Positions 38,210 to 50,258 of a DNA stretch of 53,276 bases are shown piece by piece. The notes beneath the pieces are model-generated. The model saw only the letters and a program-made list of their open reading frames with translations, ran no database searches and was not told the DNA's origin. Numbering within the stretch: position 1 is the stretch's first letter; each line of letters starts with the position of its first letter. The stretch spans positions 1 through 53,276 of the forward strand of contig CAWUMA010000001.1 of NCBI GenBank assembly GCA_963923835.1, read 5' to 3'. The position numbers and the translations under genes are program-made. Source of the DNA: an uncultured bacterium. GTDB taxonomy: Bacteria; Actinomycetota; Acidimicrobiia; Acidimicrobiales; RAAP-2.

Positions 38210-38253
38210 GCGAAGAACCCCCGCCTTCGGGCGGGGGTTCTTCGCGTTTCTTT
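38210..38253 (+). terminator. Intrinsic terminator of the ABC operon
   Basis: 16-bp stem GCGAAGAACCCCCGCC-TTCG-GGCGGGGGTTCTTCGC followed by GTTTCTTT. Confidence 0.9.
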
Positions 38254-38332
38254 GACTTCTCCGAATCCGAATCTGCGTTCCGATTGTCAAGAACGGGGAA
38301 GGGTTTCGATAAGAGTGGTCACTCTTCTTGAA

Positions 38333-38406
38333 TGGAGCGGGCGACGGGAATCGAACCCGCGTTCTCAGCTTGGGAAGCTGATGTTCTGCCGCTGAACTAC
38401 GCCCGC
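38333..38406 (-). tRNA. tRNA-Gly(CCC)
   Basis: Reverse complement GCGGGCGTAGTTCAGCGGCAGAACATCAGCTTCCCAAGCTGAGAACGCGGGTTCGATTCCCGTCGCCCGCTCCA: cloverleaf, anticodon CCC, encoded CCA. Confidence 0.97.
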
Positions 38407-38506
38407 GCAGGTGTGAAGTCTATGCGAAGGCCACCCCCATGCTCGAGGGCCTATCCGCGCGTCAAGCATGAATGATTTCTGCGTTGAGGACTAACGTTGC
38501 GTGGGT

Positions 38507-39073
38507 ATGGTTCTCTCTGACCGGTCGATTCGAGAAGCGATTGCCGATGGCCGCATCATCATCGACCCGCTCGGTGATGATTGCATTCAGCCCTCGTCCG
38601 TCGACCTTCACATTGACCAATATTTTCGGGTCTTTCGAAATCATTCGTACCCCGTCATTGACGTTCGCGAACCTCAGGAGAATCTCACCGAGCTGATTGA
38701 TGTGGGCACTGATCGGCCCATGATTCTCCATCCCGGTGAGTTCATGCTGGGCTCAACCCACGAGAGAGTCGCTATTCCCGATGACATCGTTGCCCGCTTG
38801 GAAGGAAAGTCCTCCCTTGGCCGCCTCGGATTGGTAATTCACTCCACGGCTGGTTTTATTGACGCTGGATGGGATGGCCACATCACTTTGGAGTTGGCCA
38901 ACATTGCGAACCTGCCAATCACTCTGTACCCGGGAATGAAAATAGGTCAGATTAGTTTTTTCCAAATGACCACTCCCGCCGAGCGCCCGTACGGTGCCGC
39001 GGGGCTCGGGTCGAAATATCGGGGTCAACGTGGTCCCACCCCCAGTCGCTACTTCGAGAACTTTAAGAAATAG
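38507..39073 (+). CDS. dcd: dCTP deaminase
   Basis: [48 protein letters not shown]. Confidence 0.96.
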   Translation: MVLSDRSIREAIADGRIIIDPLGDDCIQPSSVDLHIDQYFRVFRNHSYPVIDVREPQENLTELIDVGTDRPMILHPGEFMLGSTHERVAIPDDIVARLEGKSSLGRLGLVIHSTAGFIDAGWDGHITLELANIANLPITLYPGMKIGQISFFQMTTPAERPYGAAGLGSKYRGQRGPTPSRYFENFKK

Positions 39074-39088
39074 GAAGGACGGACCATC

Positions 39089-41107
39089 TTGAGTCGCATC
39101 ATCCTGGGCCTTGGAATTTCGCTGGTGTGTTTCGCGATAGCGGGACGTCGATTCTACTGGCTGTCCAAACTCATCCGAAGTGGCAAGCCGGCACCCCGTC
39201 GGTGGTCGGGGCTGCGTCGAGCAGCCGAGGCTGAAATCGTTGAGGTTGCCGGTCAGCGAAAGTTGCTGCGTTGGACCGTTCCCGGCATCGCCCACTTCTT
39301 CACGATGTGGGGATTCACTGTTCTTCTCACAACGATTATTGAGGCGTACGGTGCCCTCTTTCAGCGGGATTTCCACATTCCGCTGATTGGAACGGCGAAT
39401 TGGTTGGGCTTCCTCGAAGATTTTTTCGCGACGGCCGTGCTCGTTTCGCTGGTGGTGTTCACCGCCATCCGTATCAAGAACGCCCCGGCTCGCAAAGACC
39501 GGGCCAGCCGCTTCTACGGGTCGCACCTCGGGCCCGCTTGGCTGGTGTTGTTCATGATCTCGATGGTGATTGTGACGCTTCTCGTGTACCGCGGAGCGCA
39601 GATCAACACCGGTTTCTTTCCGTTTGGGAGTTCTCGCTGGGCGTTTGCGAGCCACTACGTCGCCATATGGCTGGACCCACTCGGCACCAAGGCCAACAGT
39701 GTGCTCGAGTTCGTGTTTCTCATCGCCAATGTGGGCGTGATTGCCGGCTTCTTGGTGTTCGTGTCGTACTCGAAGCACCTCCATATCTTCCTTGCGCCCA
39801 TCAACGTCGGAACGTCACGTCGGCCCCGCGCACTCGGCGGTCTGGACAAGACCCCCGACATGGATATGGAGAACGTCACCGAGGACACAGTCTTTGGGGT
39901 GGGCACCATCGGCGACTTCACCTGGAAGCAGATGCTCGACTTCGCCACCTGCACCGAGTGCGGAAGGTGCCAGTCGGTATGCCCGGCCTGGAACACGGGT
40001 AAGCCGCTCAGCCCCAAGCTGCTCATCATGGGCCTGCGCGACAACATGTTCGCGTCGGCCGACCGACTGCTGTCAGGTTCGTCCGAGGGCGAATTGGCCA
40101 CCCTGGTGCCGACCACCATTGACCCGGATGTTCTCTGGTCGTGCACCACTTGTGGCAGTTGTGTCGAACAGTGCCCAGTGGACATTGAGCATGTGGACGC
40201 CATTATCGACATGCGTCGCTATGAGGTTCTGATGGAGAGCCGCTTCCCGACCGAAGCCGGATTGCTTTTGCGCAATATGGAAAACCAGGGTGACCCTTGG
40301 GGTCTGGGTTCGTCGAAGCGCACCGAGTGGTTGGCCAACCTCGACTTCGAGGTGCCGGTCGTCGATGGAAAGATTCCAGAAGGGATTGAGTACCTCTACT
40401 GGGTCGGTTGTGCCGGTTCGCTCGACGAGCGCGGCCGTAAGCAGGTGGAATCAACCGCCCGCATGCTGCACCGCGCCGGAGTGACGTTCGCTGTACTCGG
40501 CCCGCGCGAATCGTGCACCGGTGACCCGGCACGTCGGATGGGCAACGAGTACCTCTTCCAGGAGATGGCTAAGGCCAATATCGCCACGCTGAACGAGGTG
40601 GGCGCCACCAAGATTGTCGCCAGCTGCCCGCACTGCTTCAACACCATCAAGAACGAGTATCCAGATCTCGGTGGCTCCTTCGAGGTCATTCACCACGCCG
40701 AACTCCTGAGCCACTTGATCGAGGTGGGCAAGCTGAAGCCGGGGCTGAACTTCAAGGGAACCGTCACGTACCACGACCCCTGCTACCTCGGTCGTCACAA
40801 CCGCGTCTTCGACGAGCCGCGCAGCGTGTTGGACGCCGTCCCGGGGGTCAAGGCAGTCGAGATGCACCGCCACCGTGAGCGGGGATTCTGCTGTGGAGCC
40901 GGTGGTGCTCGCATGTGGATGGAAGAGAACATCGGAAAGCGCGTCAACATGGAGCGCACCCAGGAGGCCCTGGGCACCGGCGCCGACGTGGTGTCCACCG
41001 CCTGTCCGTTCTGCATGATCATGCTCGATGACGCGGTGAAGGCTCAGGGACGTGGTGACGAGGTGTCAGTCGTCGACATCAGCCAGGTCGTCGAGCGTTC
41101 GCTCTAA
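39089..41107 (+). CDS. Membrane Fe-S oxidoreductase (FadF/HdrD-like)
   Basis: N-terminal TM helices, [24 protein letters not shown], two CCG domains ([22 protein letters not shown]). Confidence 0.9.
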   Translation: MSRIILGLGISLVCFAIAGRRFYWLSKLIRSGKPAPRRWSGLRRAAEAEIVEVAGQRKLLRWTVPGIAHFFTMWGFTVLLTTIIEAYGALFQRDFHIPLIGTANWLGFLEDFFATAVLVSLVVFTAIRIKNAPARKDRASRFYGSHLGPAWLVLFMISMVIVTLLVYRGAQINTGFFPFGSSRWAFASHYVAIWLDPLGTKANSVLEFVFLIANVGVIAGFLVFVSYSKHLHIFLAPINVGTSRRPRALGGLDKTPDMDMENVTEDTVFGVGTIGDFTWKQMLDFATCTECGRCQSVCPAWNTGKPLSPKLLIMGLRDNMFASADRLLSGSSEGELATLVPTTIDPDVLWSCTTCGSCVEQCPVDIEHVDAIIDMRRYEVLMESRFPTEAGLLLRNMENQGDPWGLGSSKRTEWLANLDFEVPVVDGKIPEGIEYLYWVGCAGSLDERGRKQVESTARMLHRAGVTFAVLGPRESCTGDPARRMGNEYLFQEMAKANIATLNEVGATKIVASCPHCFNTIKNEYPDLGGSFEVIHHAELLSHLIEVGKLKPGLNFKGTVTYHDPCYLGRHNRVFDEPRSVLDAVPGVKAVEMHRHRERGFCCGAGGARMWMEENIGKRVNMERTQEALGTGADVVSTACPFCMIMLDDAVKAQGRGDEVSVVDISQVVERSL

Positions 41108-41145
41108 TTCACGTAGCCGAAACACACCGATAACGGGTCCGAAAC
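41108..41145 (+). promoter_or_regulatory. Tandem GlnR boxes upstream of amtB
   Basis: TTCAC-n6-GAAAC-n6-ATAAC-n6-GAAAC, matching the actinobacterial gTnAc-n6-GaAAc-n6 22-bp repeat. Confidence 0.8.
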
Positions 41146-41210
41146 ACTGACCCGGCACACTGGAGGGCACATCCGAGGTCAACGGCGCCCTCCCGAGTGA
41201 AGGAGTTTCG

Positions 41211-42623
41211 GTGCTGTTCGCGGACAATATCCCGTACCCCCATTGGTTGAACCCAGCCGATAACACCTGGCAACTGGTGGCGGCAACCCTCGTGGGCTTG
41301 ATGAGCCTGCCCGGCCTCGCCGTCTTGTACGGCGGCCTGGTGCGAAAGAAATGGATCGTCAACACCATGCTGATGGTGTTCTCCGGCTTCTCGCTGACCC
41401 TGGTGGTGTGGACCCTGTGGGGTTACAACCTGGCCTTTGGCCAGCTCTCACACTTCGGACCCGACGGATCGTTCTGGAGTGGTTTCATCGGCCACTTCAC
41501 CCCGCTCTCGACGGCTTCGTCCATTCAGGGCCAGGCCGTCTCGGGGTCCAACACCCTCATCCCCTTCCACTTCCCGACGGCGACTCTGGCCTACTTCCAG
41601 TTCGTCTTCGCGGCCATCACCCCACTCCTCTTCCTGGGTGGTCTTGTGGGCCGTTTGAAGTTCAAGGCCTGGCTGTTGATTGTGCCGCTGTGGATCACTC
41701 TGGTCTATTGCGTGAACGCGGCCTTGCTCTGGGGCGGTGGGTTCTTCGCCCAGAAGGGTGCCGTGGACTACGCCGGTGGATTCGTCATCCACACCTCGGC
41801 CGGCATTGCGGCCTTCGTGGGCGCCGCCCTGGTGGGTCCGCGCCGCTGGCAGGACCGGGAGAACGCCTTCCCGAGCAACCTGATGATGGTGGCCGTCGGT
41901 GCCGGAATCATTTGGCTCGGCTGGAACGGCTTCAACGGGGGCGCCTCCTACTACGCCGGATCCGACTCGGCTGCGGCCGTATTGAACACGAACATCGCAA
42001 CAGCTGTGGGCCTGCTCACTTGGCTGTTGATGGACATGTTCTTCAGTCGCCAGAAGAAGCCCACGTTCCTCGGCGCAATCAACGGAATTCTGTGCGGCTT
42101 GGTCGCCATCACCCCGAGCGCGGGTTGGGTCAACCCCATCGGGGCCATGGGCGTCGGCCTGATCGCCTCGGCCGTGGTCTGGGTCAGCTGGAACTACTTG
42201 TCGCGCGTTCGCCCCTTCAGCAAGGTGGATGACGCTCTCGGCGTGGTCTACACCCACGGCATCGCCGGCCTCATTGGTGGACTCCTGGTGGGCGTGCTCG
42301 CCGACCCCAAGATGACCATGTACGGCGTCAAGGGGCCGAACTTCGACGGCCCCGGGAGCTTCTCGGTCGGCGGCGTTCTCTACACCCACTCGTGGCACCA
42401 GTTCTGGGAGCAGTTCCTCGCCGCCAGTTGGGTCGTGGTCTTCACCGCCGTCGGCACCACCGTGGTCTTCACGATCGTGAAGTACCTCGTCGGAGGCCTT
42501 CGTGAGAGCGATAATGACCTGCGAGACGGCGACATCGCCATTCACGAAGAGGAGGCTTTCCCCGAACCTACCTTCGGTGAGCCCCTCGCTTCGCCCAGCC
42601 ACCTACACACCGACAACGTTTAA
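41211..42623 (+). CDS. amtB: Ammonium transporter
   Basis: PGLAVLYGG, FQFVFAAIT, DYAGGFVIH, GWNGFNGG, GLVAITP, DDALGVVYTHG; twin-His and Phe gate intact. Confidence 0.96.
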   Translation: MLFADNIPYPHWLNPADNTWQLVAATLVGLMSLPGLAVLYGGLVRKKWIVNTMLMVFSGFSLTLVVWTLWGYNLAFGQLSHFGPDGSFWSGFIGHFTPLSTASSIQGQAVSGSNTLIPFHFPTATLAYFQFVFAAITPLLFLGGLVGRLKFKAWLLIVPLWITLVYCVNAALLWGGGFFAQKGAVDYAGGFVIHTSAGIAAFVGAALVGPRRWQDRENAFPSNLMMVAVGAGIIWLGWNGFNGGASYYAGSDSAAAVLNTNIATAVGLLTWLLMDMFFSRQKKPTFLGAINGILCGLVAITPSAGWVNPIGAMGVGLIASAVVWVSWNYLSRVRPFSKVDDALGVVYTHGIAGLIGGLLVGVLADPKMTMYGVKGPNFDGPGSFSVGGVLYTHSWHQFWEQFLAASWVVVFTAVGTTVVFTIVKYLVGGLRESDNDLRDGDIAIHEEEAFPEPTFGEPLASPSHLHTDNV

Positions 42624-42634
42624 GGAGAGACATC

Positions 42635-42973
42635 ATGAAACTGGTTACCGCAGTCGTGAAGCCCTTCAAGCTCGACGAAATCAAAGTTGCCGTGAAGGCG
42701 GCCGGCGTGACGGGCCTCACGGTCACTCAGGCCCGGGGATTTGGCTCTTCGGGAAGCCACATCGAGGTCTACCGCGGCCGCGAGTACGAGTTCGACTTCA
42801 CCGACAAGATCCGCGTGGAGTGCATCTGCACCGACGAACAGGCCGACACCATCATCGACGCCATCGTGGGCGCGGCGCGCACTGACACGGTGGGCGACGG
42901 CATCGCCTGGATCACCGACGTGGAGCACGTGGTCCACGTGCGCACCGGTGAACGGGGTCCCGGCGCGGTGTAG
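42635..42973 (+). CDS. glnK: PII-family nitrogen regulator (GlnK-like, atypical)
   Basis: 112 aa, MKLVTAVVKPFKLDEIK, YRGREY (Tyr51), GDG, VRTGERG; follows amtB. Confidence 0.9.
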   Translation: MKLVTAVVKPFKLDEIKVAVKAAGVTGLTVTQARGFGSSGSHIEVYRGREYEFDFTDKIRVECICTDEQADTIIDAIVGAARTDTVGDGIAWITDVEHVVHVRTGERGPGAV

Positions 42974-42979
42974 TGCGAC

Positions 42980-43735
42980 TCAGCCCGCTTGACGCCCGAC
43001 GGCCGCCGCGGCAGCGGCGGCCGCTTCGGGATCGCCGAGGTACTGGGCGTCGAGGACGTTGAGTTGCTCGTCGAGGCGCAGTCGGTAGGGGATGCCGGTT
43101 GGAATTTCGAGCTCGGCGATCTCGTCTTCGCCGATGCCCTGGAGCATCATGCGCAACGCCCGCAGTGAGTTGCCGTGGGCCACCACGAGGACGGCGCCGC
43201 CACGGGCTCCTTCGACGCGCAGATCTTCGGCGATGGCGTCGCGGTAGTAGGGGGTGACGCGGGCCACCACGTCTTTCAGACACTCAGTGGCCGGGATGTT
43301 CTCACGGGGCACGTCGCGATAACGCGGGTCGCCGAGACTCGACCGAGGGTCCCCCTCGGGCAGGGGAGGCGGGGGAACGTCATAGGAGCGACGCCAGAGC
43401 TTGACCTGGTCAGACCCGAACTGGGCGGCCGTCTCCTTCTTGTCCTTTCCCGTGAGATCGCCGTAGTGGCGTTCGTTCAGGCGCCAACTGCGCCGGACGC
43501 TCAGCCAGGAGCGCCCGGCCTCGTGCAGAGCCAGTTCGGCCGTCCGGATGGCCCGGGTGAGCAGGGACGTGTGGAGAACCCTCAGGTCGAGGTCCTTTTC
43601 GCCGGCCAGCAGGGCCCCGGCGGTCCGGGCCTCGATTTCCCCCTCGGGGGCCAGGTCCACGTCGTGCCAGCCCGTGAAGAGGTTCAGGTCGTTCCAGACC
43701 GACCGACCGTGGCGCAAGAGAATGAGATCGGGCAC
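42980..43735 (-). CDS. gpmA: 2,3-BPG-dependent phosphoglycerate mutase
   Basis: [52 protein letters not shown]. Confidence 0.96.
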   Translation of the reverse strand: MPDLILLRHGRSVWNDLNLFTGWHDVDLAPEGEIEARTAGALLAGEKDLDLRVLHTSLLTRAIRTAELALHEAGRSWLSVRRSWRLNERHYGDLTGKDKKETAAQFGSDQVKLWRRSYDVPPPPLPEGDPRSSLGDPRYRDVPRENIPATECLKDVVARVTPYYRDAIAEDLRVEGARGGAVLVVAHGNSLRALRMMLQGIGEDEIAELEIPTGIPYRLRLDEQLNVLDAQYLGDPEAAAAAAAAVGRQAG

Positions 43736-43820
43736 ATGGTGAGCGTAGCCCTCCAGAAGAAAATCGAGAATTGCGCAATTTCGGGGGTTTTCAGGACTTT
43801 AGCCCCTTGCACACATTTTT

Positions 43821-43851
43821 CTTGACAAGGTAAGACTCAAGTTTGTATTCT
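43821..43851 (+). promoter_or_regulatory. HAIR (HspR operator) overlapping the dnaK promoter
   Basis: CTTGACA-N7-ACTCAAG (43821-43841; consensus CTTGAGT-N7-ACTCAAG); -35 TTGACA, then 18 nt, then TATTCT. Confidence 0.88.
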
Positions 43852-43912
43852 GGATGGCGTACTCCGGTGGCCGGATGGTCCGGCCCCAGGGAACTGAAGG
43901 ATTGGACATCTC

Positions 43913-45727
<1,815 letters not shown>

Positions 45728-45729
45728 TT

Positions 45730-46224
45730 GTGACCGACGAGACCACCAACGAGCCGACGCTGGAAGAGGTCGTCGAGCCGGTCGACGAGCGCACGGATGT
45801 GGAGCGTGAGCGTGACGACTACCGAGACGCGCTGCAGCGCCTGCAGGCCGATTTCGAGAACTACCGCAAGCGCGTGGTGCGTGACGCCGATGACGCCGCC
45901 ACCCGCGCGGCGGGCTCGTTGATCACCACGATGCTGCCGGTGCTCGACGCGTTCGATCTTGCCGACGCCCACTTCAAGGACGTGGAGAACGATTCGTCGG
46001 CCGCGTTGCGCCAGACCCGCAGTCTCCTGATCGACACCCTGGCCAAACAGGGTCTCGAGCGACTCGACGCGGTGGGGGTCGGCTTCGACCCGCAGGTGCA
46101 CGAAGCGGTGGCCCACGAGCCTGGGGACGAGAGCGGCGACCAGGTCGTGAGCCAGGTGTTGCGCGCCGGGTATCTGTGGAAGGGCGCGGTGTTGCGTCCG
46201 GCCATGGTGACGGTGAGGGGATAG
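45730..46224 (+). CDS. grpE: Nucleotide exchange factor GrpE
   Basis: RLQADFENYRKR, FDPQVHEAV, GY..LRPAMV. Confidence 0.97.
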   Translation: MTDETTNEPTLEEVVEPVDERTDVERERDDYRDALQRLQADFENYRKRVVRDADDAATRAAGSLITTMLPVLDAFDLADAHFKDVENDSSAALRQTRSLLIDTLAKQGLERLDAVGVGFDPQVHEAVAHEPGDESGDQVVSQVLRAGYLWKGAVLRPAMVTVRG

Positions 46225-46231
46225 GGGACCC

Positions 46232-47296
46232 GTGGCCGAGCGGGAGTGGTTCGAGAAGGACTTCTACAAAGTCCTGGGCGTGACCGAGAGCGCCTCCGAT
46301 AAGGAGATCACGCGCGCGTACCGCAAGCTGGCCAAGGAGTACCACCCCGATACCCACCCGGGTTCGGAGGACCGCTTCAAGGAAATCTCCGTCGCCTACG
46401 ACGTGCTCGGCGATCCGGCCAAGCGCAAGGAGTACGACGAGGTTCGTCGCATGGGCCCCCTCGGTGGGCGCGGTGGTATTCCCGGGGGCTTCAACTTCCA
46501 GGGCGGCAACTTCAACGACATCAACGACCTGCTGGGCGGCATGTTCGGCCAGCGCCGGCCCCGAGCCCAGCGCGGTGGCGATATCGAGACGGCCCTGCAC
46601 CTGTCGTTCCGTGACGCCGTGTTGGGGGTGACAACCGCGGTCACGCTGCCGAGCGAGCAAGCGTGCGCCACTTGCCGGGGCACCGGTGGGGCGCCGGGGG
46701 CCGGGTTCGCCACGTGTGACCGCTGCCAGGGCGCGGGCACAATTAACGAGAACCAGGGCATGTTCTCCATGTCGAGTATCTGCCCCTTGTGCCACGGTCG
46801 CGGTGGACGGGTCGTCACGCCGTGTGCGACCTGTCACGGCACGGGTCGAGAACCGAGTTCGCGCCGCGTCAACGTGCGCATCCCCGCCGGGGTGACCGAC
46901 GGCCAGCGGATTCGCCTCAAGGGCAAGGGCCACCCGGGCCAGCGCGGGGGAGCGGCCGGTGACCTCTTCGTGGACGTGCACGTGGCGCCCGATGCCCGTT
47001 TCGGCCGAAAGGGCCGACACCTGACGCTGAGTGAGACAGTGAGTTTCACCGACGCGGCCCTCGGTACGACCATCCAAGTGCCCACCCTCGACGACCCCGT
47101 GACCTTGAAGGTCCCGGCCGGCACGCAGTCGCACACGACCCTGCGCGTGCGGAGCCGGGGTGTGCCGGCCACGGGAAGCCATGCAGCCGGGGACCTTCTG
47201 GTCACCATCGCCGTGGCCGTCCCCACTGATCTCACCGATGAACAGCGCGAGCTCGTGGAGAAACTCGCCGCGACCTTCACGAAGGAGAAGTCATGA
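46232..47296 (+). CDS. dnaJ: Chaperone DnaJ
   Basis: KDFYKVLGV, HPD, four CxxCxGxG motifs. Confidence 0.97.
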   Translation: MAEREWFEKDFYKVLGVTESASDKEITRAYRKLAKEYHPDTHPGSEDRFKEISVAYDVLGDPAKRKEYDEVRRMGPLGGRGGIPGGFNFQGGNFNDINDLLGGMFGQRRPRAQRGGDIETALHLSFRDAVLGVTTAVTLPSEQACATCRGTGGAPGAGFATCDRCQGAGTINENQGMFSMSSICPLCHGRGGRVVTPCATCHGTGREPSSRRVNVRIPAGVTDGQRIRLKGKGHPGQRGGAAGDLFVDVHVAPDARFGRKGRHLTLSETVSFTDAALGTTIQVPTLDDPVTLKVPAGTQSHTTLRVRSRGVPATGSHAAGDLLVTIAVAVPTDLTDEQRELVEKLAATFTKEKS

Positions 47297-47685
47297 CCCA
47301 GCCCAGTAACCAGGCCGTCTACGTCATCTCGGTGTTCGCCACCCTCGCGGGCGTCCATCCCCAAACCCTGCGTAACTACGAGCGCACGGGGTTGTTGGCG
47401 CCCCAGCGCACGTCGGGTGGTTCACGGCGGTTCTCCGACGCTGATCTCGCGGCGCTGCGCCGCATTCAGGAACTGACGAACGAGGGTGTGAACCTCGAGG
47501 GCGTCAAGCGCATCATGCGTCTCGAGGCCGAACTGGCCGACGCCCGTGCCCGACTCGAGGCGTTGGCGGCCCAAGCCCGTGCCGACTTGGCCGCCGTCGC
47601 GCGCGCGCAGCGTCGGGACCTCGTGCCGGTGAGCAACACAATGTCTGTCTTCTTCGCGGACGTGCGGAATCGGAGGGACGTATGA
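47293..47685 (+). CDS. hspR: Heat-shock repressor HspR (MerR family)
   Basis: [41 protein letters not shown]. Confidence 0.95.
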   Translation: MTQPSNQAVYVISVFATLAGVHPQTLRNYERTGLLAPQRTSGGSRRFSDADLAALRRIQELTNEGVNLEGVKRIMRLEAELADARARLEALAAQARADLAAVARAQRRDLVPVSNTMSVFFADVRNRRDV

Positions 47686-50201
47686 CGCTCGACCCCCAAC
47701 GCTGGACCATCAAGACCCGTGAGGCCTTTCAGGCGGCGACCACCCAAGCCTCGGCCGCCGGTAACCCCTACGTGACGCCGGCCCACTTGTTGCTGGCCCT
47801 CCTCAATCAAGCCGACGGTGTTGCTCGACCATTGCTGAGTGCCGCCGGCTTGGATCCCATCGCCCTGGCCGCGAGTCTGAATGAGAAGGTCGCCGCCGAG
47901 CCGCGTGCGGTCGGTGGCTCGCAGCCCGGTCTGTCGGCGGAGTCGCGACGCCTCCTCGAGTCGGCCGATGGACTTCGCGCCGACCTCGGTGACGAGTACC
48001 TGTCGGTCGATCACGTGCTGGTCGCGGCCGCTGCGGACCTCGGCACCTCTCGCGAAACGCTGTTGCAGGCTCTGCGCGGTATCCGTGGTTCGGCGCGCAT
48101 CACCTCGGAGAACCCCGAAGAGACCTTCGCGTCATTGGAGAAGTACGGCCGCGACCTCACGGCCCTGGCGCGGGCGGGCAAGCTCGATCCCGTCATCGGC
48201 CGCGACGACGAAATTCGCCGCGTCATCCAGGTGCTCAGCCGCCGCACCAAGAACAACCCCGTCCTCATCGGTGAGCCCGGGGTGGGCAAGACGGCCATCG
48301 TGGAAGGGCTCGCTCTGCGCATCGTCGAGGGTGACGTGCCCGAGTCTCTCCGGGACCGCCGCCTGATTTCGTTGGATCTGGCCTCCATGGTGGCCGGGGC
48401 GAAGTACCGCGGGGAGTTCGAAGAACGACTCAAGGCCGTGCTCAAGGAGATTCAAGACGCCGAGGGTGACGTCATCACCTTCATTGATGAGTTGCACACC
48501 ATCGTGGGTGCCGGTGCCTCGGAAGGGGCGATGGACGCGGGCAACATGATCAAACCGTTGCTCGCGCGCGGCGAGTTACGTCTCATCGGGGCCACGACCC
48601 TCGACGAATACCGGCAGTACATCGAAAAAGACGCCGCTCTCGAGCGTCGATTCCAACAGGTCTTCGTGGGTGAACCCTCGGTGGCCGACACGGTGGCGAT
48701 TCTCCGGGGACTCAAAGAGCGTTACGAGGTGCACCACGGGGTGCGCATCCAAGACGCCGCTCTCGTGGCGGCCGCCACGTTGTCCGCACGCTACGTTCCC
48801 AACCGTTTCCTGCCGGACAAGGCCATCGACCTCATGGACGAGGCCGCGTCGCGACTGCGCATCGAAATCGACTCGATGCCGACTGAGTTGGACGTGCTGA
48901 TCCGCAAACTCCGTCAACTCGACATTGAACGGGTTGCCCTGGAAAAAGAGAGTGACGCCGCGTCGAAGGAACGACTCGCCGCCCTCGAGGCCGAATACGC
49001 CGGACTGAAAGAAGAGTCCGACGGCGTGGCCGCCCGCTGGCAAGCCGAGAAACAGGCCATCGCCAAGATTCAAACCGCCAAACAGGAGTACGAGGATCGC
49101 CGTGTCGAGGCCGAACGCCTTGAGCGCCAGGGTGACCTCAACGGTGCGGCCGCCCTTCGCTACGGCACGATTCCCGAACTCGAAAAGACCATCGCGCAGG
49201 CCACCGATGAGCTCGCCGTTCTCCAGGCGCGCGGTTCGTTCTTGAAAGAAGAGGTCGACGCCGAGGACGTGGCTGAAGTGGTGAGCCGCTGGACCGGCGT
49301 GCCGGTGGTGAAACTGCTCGAAGGCGAAGTCGAGAAGCTGGTGCGCATGGAGGAGCTCCTCCACTCGCGGGTCGTCGGCCAAGACGACGCCGTGACGGCG
49401 ATCGCCAACGCCATTCGTCGTTCGCGCGCCGGCCTCGGCGATCCGTCGCGACCCATCGGTTCGTTCCTGTTCCTCGGGCCGACCGGCGTGGGTAAGACCG
49501 AACTCGCGCGGGCCCTCGCCGAATTCCTCTTCGATGATGAAAAAGCCATGACCCGCATCGACATGAGCGAGTACATGGAGAAGCACGCGGTGAGTCGTTT
49601 GGTGGGGGCGCCACCGGGATACGTCGGCTACGAGGAAGGCGGCCAGCTCACTGAGGCGGTGCGCCGCCGTCCCTACGCCGTGGTTCTTCTCGACGAAATC
49701 GAAAAGGCCCACCCCGACGTTTTCAACATCCTGCTCCAGGTTCTCGACGACGGACGTTTGACCGACGGCCAGGGTCGCACGGTGGACTTCACCAACACCG
49801 TGTTGATCATGACGTCCAACCTGCCGGGTGAACCCTCCGACTTCTTCCGGCCCGAGTTCGTCAACCGCATCGACGAAATTGTGCGCTTTCGTTCCCTCGA
49901 CGAGAAGGACCTCGAGGTCATTGTTGGTATCCAACTGGGTCGCCTGCGCCGACGGTTGGCCGAGCGGCGCCTCGTGCTGGACCTCACGCCGGCCGCCCTC
50001 GCCGCCCTCGCCCACGAAGGGTTTGACCCGGCCTTCGGCGCCCGACCACTGAAGCGGGTGATTCAGCGCCGGTTGGAGGACCCCATCGCGTTGGCCCTCC
50101 TGCAGGGTGTGTACAAGGAGGGCGACACCATCTCCGTGGACGCCCTCGAGGGCGTGCTGATCTTCTCGTCACACAACGCGAACGAGAGCGACGACCACTG
50201 A
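47682..50201 (+). CDS. clpB: Disaggregase ClpB
   Basis: [21 protein letters not shown], coiled-coil M-domain, [24 protein letters not shown]. Confidence 0.97.
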   Translation: MTLDPQRWTIKTREAFQAATTQASAAGNPYVTPAHLLLALLNQADGVARPLLSAAGLDPIALAASLNEKVAAEPRAVGGSQPGLSAESRRLLESADGLRADLGDEYLSVDHVLVAAAADLGTSRETLLQALRGIRGSARITSENPEETFASLEKYGRDLTALARAGKLDPVIGRDDEIRRVIQVLSRRTKNNPVLIGEPGVGKTAIVEGLALRIVEGDVPESLRDRRLISLDLASMVAGAKYRGEFEERLKAVLKEIQDAEGDVITFIDELHTIVGAGASEGAMDAGNMIKPLLARGELRLIGATTLDEYRQYIEKDAALERRFQQVFVGEPSVADTVAILRGLKERYEVHHGVRIQDAALVAAATLSARYVPNRFLPDKAIDLMDEAASRLRIEIDSMPTELDVLIRKLRQLDIERVALEKESDAASKERLAALEAEYAGLKEESDGVAARWQAEKQAIAKIQTAKQEYEDRRVEAERLERQGDLNGAAALRYGTIPELEKTIAQATDELAVLQARGSFLKEEVDAEDVAEVVSRWTGVPVVKLLEGEVEKLVRMEELLHSRVVGQDDAVTAIANAIRRSRAGLGDPSRPIGSFLFLGPTGVGKTELARALAEFLFDDEKAMTRIDMSEYMEKHAVSRLVGAPPGYVGYEEGGQLTEAVRRRPYAVVLLDEIEKAHPDVFNILLQVLDDGRLTDGQGRTVDFTNTVLIMTSNLPGEPSDFFRPEFVNRIDEIVRFRSLDEKDLEVIVGIQLGRLRRRLAERRLVLDLTPAALAALAHEGFDPAFGARPLKRVIQRRLEDPIALALLQGVYKEGDTISVDALEGVLIFSSHNANESDDH

Positions 50202-50258
50202 ACCGGTGGGCCTCTGGCCCGTGGGTGGTAGTTTTTAGTATTTAGGACAGGAGAAATC

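Noticed and set aside
38311-38326. AAGAGTG-GT-CACTCTT palindrome next to the tRNA
   Set aside because: Too short to assign; may be part of the tRNA terminator
41448-42602. 384-aa minus-strand ORF
   Set aside because: Antisense shadow of amtB
43799-43825. Possible CIRCE element (TTAGC...) upstream of dnaK
   Set aside because: No TTAGCACTC-N9-GAGTGCTAA match; the HAIR explains the region
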